Positions 57,181 to 64,000 of a DNA stretch of 64,000 bases are shown here, in pieces. Every line of letters starts with the position of its first letter. Position 1 is the first letter of the stretch. A program made the translations under genes and the position numbers. Location of the stretch: NCBI GenBank assembly GCA_041645075.1, contig JBAZQS010000001.1, positions 9,147 through 73,146 on the forward strand. The letters are read 5' to 3'. The notes beneath the pieces are model-generated. The model saw nothing but the letters and a program-made list of their open reading frames with translations, had not been told where the DNA came from and searched no databases. The stretch comes from Patescibacteria group bacterium (GTDB taxonomy: Bacteria > Patescibacteriota > Patescibacteriia > 2-01-FULL-39-33).

Positions 57181-60100
57181 ATGGAACCAAATGTCATCAA
57201 GCAAGTCAGAAAAAGAGAGGGTGATATCGTTGATTTTAGCCAAGATAAAATTACCCAGGCCGTATATAAGGCGCTCAAAGCCGTGGGGCGTGATGATGAA
57301 GCCCTGTCCCTGGAATTATCAGATAAGGTGGTTCGCATTTTAAACAACAAATTTCACTATCGTTCAATTCCGGCCATTGAGGAAATCCAGGATATGGTGG
57401 AAGAGGTTTTAATCAAAGAGGATTTAGTCAAAGCGGCCAAGGCCTATATTATTTATCGGGAACAGCACAGCCGTTTGCGCGATTTGAAAAAATTAATTGA
57501 CTCGGATGATGTCATCAACGGCTATTTAAAACAATTGGACTGGCGGGTTAAGGAAAACGCCAATATGGCCTACTCTTTGCAGGGTTTGAATAACCATGTG
57601 GCGTCGGCGGTGAGTTCGCATTATTGGCTTAACCGGGTTTATCCGCCGGAAATCAGAGAAGCCCATGTGAGCGGCGCTATTCATCTTCATGATTTGCAAA
57701 TTTTGGCGGTTTATTGCTGCGGTTGGGATTTGCAGGCCTTGCTTCGGCTTGGCTTCGGCGGGGTGGAGGGCAAGATTCACAGCAAGCCGGCCAAGCATCT
57801 TCGCGTGGCTTTAAGCCAGATGGTTAATTTTTTCTATACTCTGCAGGGCGAAGCGGCCGGCGCCGAGGCTTTTGCTAATTTTGACACTCTTTTGGCGCCT
57901 TTTGTCCGCTATGACGGCTTAGGTGAAAAAGAAGTCAGGCAAGCCATGCAGGAATTTATTTTCGGCATGAATGTGCCGACTCGAGTAGGATTTCAGACCC
58001 CATTTACAAATTTAACTTTTGATTTGATCTGCCCGTCGATTATGGCCAATGAGGTCGTCATTATCGGCGGCTTGCCCCAGAAAGAGACCTACAAAGAATT
58101 CCAGCCGGAAATGGATATGATTAATCGGGCTTTTGCCGAGGTAATGATGGCCGGCGACGCCAATGGCCGGGTCTTTACTTTTCCCATCCCGACCTATAAT
58201 ATTTCAGTCGATTTTAATTGGGACAATAAAGTCCTTGACCCGATTTGGGAAATGACGGCCAAGTACGGGATTCCTTATTTCGCTAATTTTGTAAATAGCG
58301 ATATGAAGCCCGAGGATGCGAGGAGTATGTGCATTTCACCGAAAGAAGAAGTCCTGGTCCGCAATCGCGCCAATATAAAACGTTTAAGCTTCGGCCAGAT
58401 GGTGGATAAATATCGAAAGACCGAATTTGACCAAGACGGCTGGGCCGACTGCGATTTAAACAAGAATCTTGAACTGCTTTCCTTAAATCCCGAAACCGGT
58501 AAAATGGAATGGGCGAGGGCAAAAAGATTTCTTAAAGTGGAAGACAACCGGCAAATTCGGATTATCGCCGAAGACGGCAAGAGTTTCGAGGTTTCCTCAA
58601 AGCACATTGTCCCGGTTCTGACCGAAAACGGCATCATTAATAAATTCGCCAAAGATATTAAAAACGGCGATTATCTGCTTAACTTAAAAAAAGCCGATGA
58701 GATATTAAACACCGCCTATCAACATATTGATGATTTTGTTCTTAACGAAGATCTAGCGAAAATTTTGGGATTTTTTACGGCTGACGGCAATTACCTTTTT
58801 GAAAACAGAAAAAATATGAAGGCCTTGGGTCAGCCGAGAGGGATGCAATTTACTTTTAACGCGCAGACGAAAAAGGATTTGGCTGAAGTCAAGGAATTAA
58901 TAGAAAAAGTTTTTAAAACGGCGGTTAAAGAAAAAAAAGATCCGCGTTACAACAGTTATTATTTGTATATTTATAATACCGGCTTGGCGAGAAAATTATT
59001 TGACGCGGGATTTAAAAAATACGGCCATCTGCCCGATATTATTTTCAATTCGCCAATCGCGGTGATTGAGAGTTTTTTGGATTATCATTTTCGAGGCGAC
59101 GGACACGAAAAGAGAAAAGAAATTCATATTAATGATAAAGAATTAGCCCGCGACTTGGTGATTCTTTATTCGTTAATCGGTCGGCCTGTAACTTATCGGG
59201 AAAGAAAGAAAAGCCAAGTTGTTTACATTCAGCACCAAAAATCAAAAATAAATAAAAAAGGAATTTTAAGTAATCCCGTGATCGCCGAAAGAGTGCCCGG
59301 ATTTTTAGCCAAGTCCACTTATTTGGTCCCCGGTTTGAATAAATCAAGAATGGTCGGGTTCGACGCCTTGGACAAATATCAGGCGCAAACAAAATTCAGT
59401 TTAAGTATTAAAAACAGCGATTATTACATTGTTAGAGTGAAAAAAGTGGTTCAGAAAATTTTTACAAAAGCGCGCGCGTTTTTTGACGTGGAATTGGAAA
59501 CAAATCATCTTTTTGTTCATTCTTTGGGAGTGATTACTCATAATTGTTGCCGGCTTCGGCTCGACAACCGCGAACTGCGCAAGCGCGGCGGCGGCCTTTT
59601 CGCGGCCAACCCTCTCACCGGTTCTATCGGCGTGGTCACCATTAATATGTCGCGTATCGGCTATTTATCAAAAACCCGGGACGAATATTTTAACCGTTTG
59701 GGCCAGACCATGGATTTGGCCAAGCAAAGTTTGCAGTTAAAGCGGGAAATACTGGAAAGTTTTACCGAGCAGGGGCTTTATCCCTACAGTAAATATTATT
59801 TAAAAGATATTAAGGAGAGATTTGGCGAGTATTGGCGAAATCATTTTAATACCATTGGCCTTAATGGCATGAATGAGTCGTTGCTCAACTTTATGAAGCG
59901 GCCGCTTTCCACCAAAGAAGGGCAGGAATTTGCCCTGGAAGTGATGGATTTTATGCTTCAAAGATTGGGAAAATATCAGGAGGGCGACAATCAATTATAT
60001 AATTTAGAAGCCACGCCGGCCGAAGGCGCCACTTATCGTTTTGCCAAAAAAGATAAAGAATTGTATCCGGATATAATTGTGGCCAATGAGGAGGCCTACC

Positions 60101-60444
60101 AAGAAAGCGGCGCCGCGCCTTATTATACGAATTCCACGCATCTGCCCGTTAATTTTTCCACGGATATTTTTGAGGTTTTGGAAAAGCAGGATGTTTTACA
60201 GACAAAATATACGGGCGGCACGGTTGTCCACGGTTTCTTGGGCGAGCGGATGCCGGACGCCGAGAGCACGAAAAATTTAGTCAGAAAAATCGCGGAAAAT
60301 TTCCATTTGCCTTATTATACTTTGACGCCGACTTTTTCCATTTGTCCCAAGCACGGTTATCTGGCCGGCGAGCATAGATTCTGCCCGATTTGCGATGAAG
60401 AGATTGGTTATATCAGGGAGCAGGAAGAAAAATTGCCTCTTTAA
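57181..60444 (+). CDS. nrdD: Anaerobic (class III) ribonucleotide reductase with ATP cone, intein-containing, lacking the glycyl-radical tail
   Basis: ATP cone; HLHDL, YCCGW, SM|CCRL, EATPAEG, YYTNS, TGGT, C-terminal CPKH..CPIC. Confidence 0.95.
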   Translation: MEPNVIKQVRKREGDIVDFSQDKITQAVYKALKAVGRDDEALSLELSDKVVRILNNKFHYRSIPAIEEIQDMVEEVLIKEDLVKAAKAYIIYREQHSRLRDLKKLIDSDDVINGYLKQLDWRVKENANMAYSLQGLNNHVASAVSSHYWLNRVYPPEIREAHVSGAIHLHDLQILAVYCCGWDLQALLRLGFGGVEGKIHSKPAKHLRVALSQMVNFFYTLQGEAAGAEAFANFDTLLAPFVRYDGLGEKEVRQAMQEFIFGMNVPTRVGFQTPFTNLTFDLICPSIMANEVVIIGGLPQKETYKEFQPEMDMINRAFAEVMMAGDANGRVFTFPIPTYNISVDFNWDNKVLDPIWEMTAKYGIPYFANFVNSDMKPEDARSMCISPKEEVLVRNRANIKRLSFGQMVDKYRKTEFDQDGWADCDLNKNLELLSLNPETGKMEWARAKRFLKVEDNRQIRIIAEDGKSFEVSSKHIVPVLTENGIINKFAKDIKNGDYLLNLKKADEILNTAYQHIDDFVLNEDLAKILGFFTADGNYLFENRKNMKALGQPRGMQFTFNAQTKKDLAEVKELIEKVFKTAVKEKKDPRYNSYYLYIYNTGLARKLFDAGFKKYGHLPDIIFNSPIAVIESFLDYHFRGDGHEKRKEIHINDKELARDLVILYSLIGRPVTYRERKKSQVVYIQHQKSKINKKGILSNPVIAERVPGFLAKSTYLVPGLNKSRMVGFDALDKYQAQTKFSLSIKNSDYYIVRVKKVVQKIFTKARAFFDVELETNHLFVHSLGVITHNCCRLRLDNRELRKRGGGLFAANPLTGSIGVVTINMSRIGYLSKTRDEYFNRLGQTMDLAKQSLQLKREILESFTEQGLYPYSKYYLKDIKERFGEYWRNHFNTIGLNGMNESLLNFMKRPLSTKEGQEFALEVMDFMLQRLGKYQEGDNQLYNLEATPAEGATYRFAKKDKELYPDIIVANEEAYQESGAAPYYTNSTHLPVNFSTDIFEVLEKQDVLQTKYTGGTVVHGFLGERMPDAESTKNLVRKIAENFHLPYYTLTPTFSICPKHGYLAGEHRFCPICDEEIGYIREQEEKLPL
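58330..59544 (+). mobile_element. Intein (405 aa) with LAGLIDADG homing endonuclease
   Basis: Starts CISPKEE, ends ITHN followed by C+1; ILGFFTADG and FLDYHFRGDG motifs. Confidence 0.92.
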
Positions 60445-60477
60445 ATTCGTAATTTTTAATTCGTAATTATATATTTT

Positions 60478-60639
60478 ATGGAAGGTGAACAAACAAAATC
60501 GGAAAGACAGCCCTGCGAGGTTTATTCGCGGGTTGTCGGTTATCTCCGCCCGGTGGACCAATGGAATCCGGGCAAGCAGTCGGAATTTATAGACCGTAAG
60601 TCCTTTGCGGTTTGCGGTTGCGCGGCTGAGCCGTTATAA
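60478..60639 (+). CDS. Small NrdD glycyl-radical domain protein (53 aa; not in the ORF track)
   Basis: MEGEQTKSERQPCEVYSRVVGYLRPVDQWNPGKQSEFIDRKSF..: RVVGY glycyl-radical motif. Confidence 0.9.
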   Translation: MEGEQTKSERQPCEVYSRVVGYLRPVDQWNPGKQSEFIDRKSFAVCGCAAEPL

Positions 60640-60646
60640 ATCCGTT

Positions 60647-61342
60647 ATGAAAATAGGCGGATTACAGCCGGTAACCCTACTGGATTATCCCCAGAAAGTG
60701 GCAGCGATAATATTCACCCTTGGTTGCGATATGCGCTGTCCTTTTTGTTATAATCCGAATTTGGTCTGGCCCGATTTAATCAAGAAAGCAAATTTGTTGC
60801 CGGAAACGGACTTGTTTTCTTTTTTAAAGCGCCGCCGGAAATATTTAGACGGCGTTTGCCTGACAGGCGGCGAGCCGCTGCTCCAGCCGGACCTGATTTC
60901 TTTTTTGGAGAAAATAAAAAAACTTGGTTATTCAGTTAAATTAGACACCAATGGCTTGAGGCCGGATATTTTGAAAAAATTAATGGCCGGCGGGTTGATT
61001 GATTACGCGGCCATGGACATCAAGGGCCCGTTAGAACAATATGAAAAATTCTGCGGCGTAAAAATAAACGGCGGTGAGATTAAAAAAAGTATCGGCCTGA
61101 TTATAAAGAGCGGTCTGGATTATGAATTTAGAAGCACTTTAGTCAAGGGATTGCATAAAAAATCTGATATTGTTAAGATGGCAAAGTTAATTAAAGGCGC
61201 CGGTAAATATTTTTTACAAAATTTTAATCCGCAAGCGGTTTTGGTGGGCGGAAAATTTAAGGGCGCAAGTTTTACGCAAAAAGAAATGGCGGAGTTTTGC
61301 CGCTTGGCGGGAAAATATGTCAATATGTGTAAAGTTAGGTAG
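60647..61342 (+). CDS. nrdG: Anaerobic RNR activating enzyme (radical SAM)
   Basis: CDMRCPFC.N, TGGEP, KLDTNG, AMDIK; start ATG 60647. Confidence 0.93.
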   Translation: MKIGGLQPVTLLDYPQKVAAIIFTLGCDMRCPFCYNPNLVWPDLIKKANLLPETDLFSFLKRRRKYLDGVCLTGGEPLLQPDLISFLEKIKKLGYSVKLDTNGLRPDILKKLMAGGLIDYAAMDIKGPLEQYEKFCGVKINGGEIKKSIGLIIKSGLDYEFRSTLVKGLHKKSDIVKMAKLIKGAGKYFLQNFNPQAVLVGGKFKGASFTQKEMAEFCRLAGKYVNMCKVR

Positions 61343-61362
61343 GATGGTGTTATAATTAATTT

Positions 61363-62473
61363 ATGAAAGAAATATTTTCACAAATCAAAGATTTACAAGG
61401 CAAAATCTCTGGAAGCTGGAGGTTGCTTTGACTTGGATAAATCGCAAAAAGAAATAAGCAAACTGGAACAGGAAATTTTCCAGCCGGATTTTTGGCAAGA
61501 GGCAAATCGGGCGAAAGCGATAAGCAAAAAATACGAGGATTTGAAAAAGGAATTTGACCAGTGGCGGATTTTAAAAAACGAAATTGATGATTTATCGGAA
61601 TTGGCGGAGGTAGCCGAAAATGATGAAAATTTGGCTAAGGAAATTAATGAAAAATTTACCAAAGCGGAAAAAAAGTTTTCCAAATTAGAATTTCAAGTTT
61701 TATTTTCCGGAGTCCACGATAAAAATAATGCTATTTTGTCTATTCACGCGGGCACGGGCGGGGTAGACGCGCAGGACTGGGCCGAGATACTTTTGCGAAT
61801 GTATTTAAGATTTTGCGAAATACACGGTTTTGAGGCGAGAGTGATTGATAAGAGCGCGGGCAGTGAAGCCGGCGTAAAAAGTGTCGTGGTAGAGGTTATT
61901 GGCCGCCATGCTTATGGTTGGCTTCGGTCGGAAAATGGCGTTCATCGCCTGGTGCGCATTTCGCCCTTTGACGCGGAAAAAATGAGACACACCTCCTTTG
62001 CTTTAGTGGAAGTGCTTCCTGAATTGGCCGAAGAGAAAGACCCGTCGGCGCCGGCAGGAATCGGACTTAAAGATTCGGATTTAAGAATCGAGGTCATGCG
62101 CGCGGGCGGCCACGGCGGCCAAAGCGTTAATACCACGGATTCAGCGGTGCGTATCACTCATATTCCCACGGGCATTGTCGTCAAGTGCCAGAATGAGCGG
62201 TCGCAACTGCAGAATAAAAATAACGCCTTTAAAATTTTAAAAGCCAAACTGCTTAAAATCAGCGAGGAAAAAGAAAGCGAAGAAATTAAAAAAATAAAAG
62301 GCGATTATCAGAAAGCCGAATGGGGCAATCAGGCGCGGTCTTATGTGATGCAACCGTATAAATTAGTCAAAGACCACCGCACTAATTACGAAACGCCGGA
62401 TATTGACCGCGTGCTTAACGGCGAAATTGATGATTTTGTGGAAAATTATTTGAGATATAAAATTGCAAAATAA
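61363..62473 (+). CDS. prfB: Peptide chain release factor 2, +1 programmed frameshift at CTT-TGA-C (61426-61432)
   Basis: Frame-0 ORF from 61363 ends CTT TGA; upstream GGAGG; +1 frame carries SPF and GGQ. Confidence 0.96.
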
Positions 62474-62482
62474 TAATTAAAA

Positions 62483-64000
62483 ATGCAGTGGAGGGCATTG
62501 ATAAATTCCAAATCAAAAATATTTTTAATTTGTTTATTGGGTTTTATGGCCGGCGTGGCTATAAGTAATTTTTTTAAAATAGGCGATTTCATAATTTTTT
62601 GCCTGGTTTTATTCTTAATAATCTTGCTGATTATTTTTTGGCAAAATAAAAATTGGCGGCTCATAATTTTATGGGGCGTTTTTTTATTTTTGGGAATTTG
62701 GCGCTTTCAAATCGGACTGCCGGATTATAATGAGGCCGGCCAGATTTATCATTATAATAACCAGCCGCTTAAATTCTCCGGCATAATTGCCAATATTGAC
62801 GAAAGAATAAGCAATCAGAAATTAACCATCAAGGCGGAAAAACTGATTAATGGCCAAAAAATCAAGGGCAAGGTTTTGATTACCACCGGCCTATATCCCA
62901 AATATCATTATGGCGACCGATTAGAGATTGATTGCCAATTAAAAAAGCCGGAAAATTTTCAAGACTTTGATTACGAAAAATATCTGGCCCGATATGATAT
63001 TTATTCTATTTGCCGTTTTGCCAGAATTTCCCTCCTCCCCCTTACCAAGGGGGAGGTTGGGAGGGGGTTAAATAATGCGGCCATAAAATCCAACCGCGCT
63101 ATTTTAACCTTTAAAAATAAATTATTGGACGGTTTAAGCCAAGCCATAAACGAACCGCAGGCCTCTATTTTGCAGGCCATGATTTTGGGAAATCGCGGCG
63201 GAATTCCCCGGGAATTATTAGACAAATTTTCTAATAGCGGCATCAGCCACATCATTGCCATCTCGGGCATGAATATCACGATTATTGTTTTCTTATTTAT
63301 GCAGGTGTTAATCAACCTCGGCGTTATCAGGCAAAAAGCGTTCTGGCTGGCTTCGGCCGGCATTTTGATTTTTGTTTTAATGATCGGCGACCAGGCCTCG
63401 GCTTTGCGCGCCGCCATTATGGGCATCGTGGTTTTATACGCGCAAAAAATCGGGCGGCTGAATAATTCTTTAAACGCCGTTATTTTTGCCGCCTCGCTTA
63501 TGCTTTTGATTAATCCCAAATTATTATTGTCCGATGTCGGCTTCCAGCTTTCCTTTATGGCGATTTTGGGCTTGCTTTATCTGCCGCCGATTTTTGAAAA
63601 ATATTTTGCAAAAATTTCCGACCGCGGGCAAATCAAAACCATGGCCATCACCACCATCTCCGCCCAAATTATGACCCTGCCCCTAATTATTTTTTATTTC
63701 CATAAATTGTCTTTGGTCTCGGTTTTTACCAACGCGCTGATCTTGCCCCTGGTTCCGTTTTTGACTATCTGGGGCTTAACCAATGCCGCGGCCTCCCTTT
63801 TTTCTTTATGGCTCGGGCAAGTCATGGGATTTGTGAGCTGGCTGGGCGTTGGCTATATTCTCCGGATAGTTGAGTGGTCTTTAAAAATTCCCTTTGCTTA
63901 TCTGGAAAATTTTTATATTAATATATTGGCGCTGGCTGGATTATACGGCTTAATTTTTTGGTGGATTTTTAGATCAAGGGCGAATAATGTTATAATTAAA
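62483..64000 (+). CDS. comEC: ComEC/Rec2 competence protein (runs off the window end)
   Basis: DFDYEKYL, SHIIAISGMNI, SALRAAIM, DVGFQLSF; same frame at start, middle and end with no stop at the window edge. Confidence 0.92.
   Translation, partial: MQWRALINSKSKIFLICLLGFMAGVAISNFFKIGDFIIFCLVLFLIILLIIFWQNKNWRLIILWGVFLFLGIWRFQIGLPDYNEAGQIYHYNNQPLKFSGIIANIDERISNQKLTIKAEKLINGQKIKGKVLITTGLYPKYHYGDRLEIDCQLKKPENFQDFDYEKYLARYDIYSICRFARISLLPLTKGEVGRGLNNAAIKSNRAILTFKNKLLDGLSQAINEPQASILQAMILGNRGGIPRELLDKFSNSGISHIIAISGMNITIIVFLFMQVLINLGVIRQKAFWLASAGILIFVLMIGDQASALRAAIMGIVVLYAQKIGRLNNSLNAVIFAASLMLLINPKLLLSDVGFQLSFMAILGLLYLPPIFEKYFAKISDRGQIKTMAITTISAQIMTLPLIIFYFHKLSLVSVFTNALILPLVPFLTIWGLTNAAASLFSLWLGQVMGFVSWLGVGYILRIVEWSLKIPFAYLENFYINILALAGLYGLIFWWIFRSRANNVIIK

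Noticed and set aside
1-64000. Alternative genetic code (TGA=Gly, code 25)
   Set aside because: Core genes are uninterrupted under code 11 and RF2 with a TGA-dependent frameshift is present

Overview
Chromosomal window from a Patescibacteria (CPR, Parcubacteria-like) bacterium, standard code 11. The taxon is inferred from VirB2/T4SS-pilin-anchored giant proteins, a homodimeric-type GlyRS, a short RelA and abundant small palindromic repeats. Core genes: infC-rpmI-rplT, ssrA-smpB, glyQS, parAB, rel, topA, dprA, pth, der, LCP, lepB, hisS, rpsU, yqeY, ybeY, ftsA-ftsZ, class III RNR (nrdD with an intein, a separately encoded glycyl-radical peptide and nrdG), frameshifted prfB and a partial comEC. 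There are six tRNA genes and a tmRNA. Unexplained or accessory features: (i) a promoter-driven cluster of three unidentified structured RNAs at 28.0-28.3 kb, one tRNA-like with an expanded anticodon arm, ahead of tRNA-Pro; (ii) four self-contained orphan gene cassettes at 1.9-6.4 kb, one a chimera of its neighbours; (iii) a 4092-aa pilin-anchored surface protein with inserted and permuted domains, whose C-terminal beta-helix has a paralog between duplicated tRNAs; (iv) a repeat element linked to tRNA-Asp; (v) palindromic repeats inserted in frame in core genes. All calls come from reading the sequence by eye; no searches or folding programs were run.
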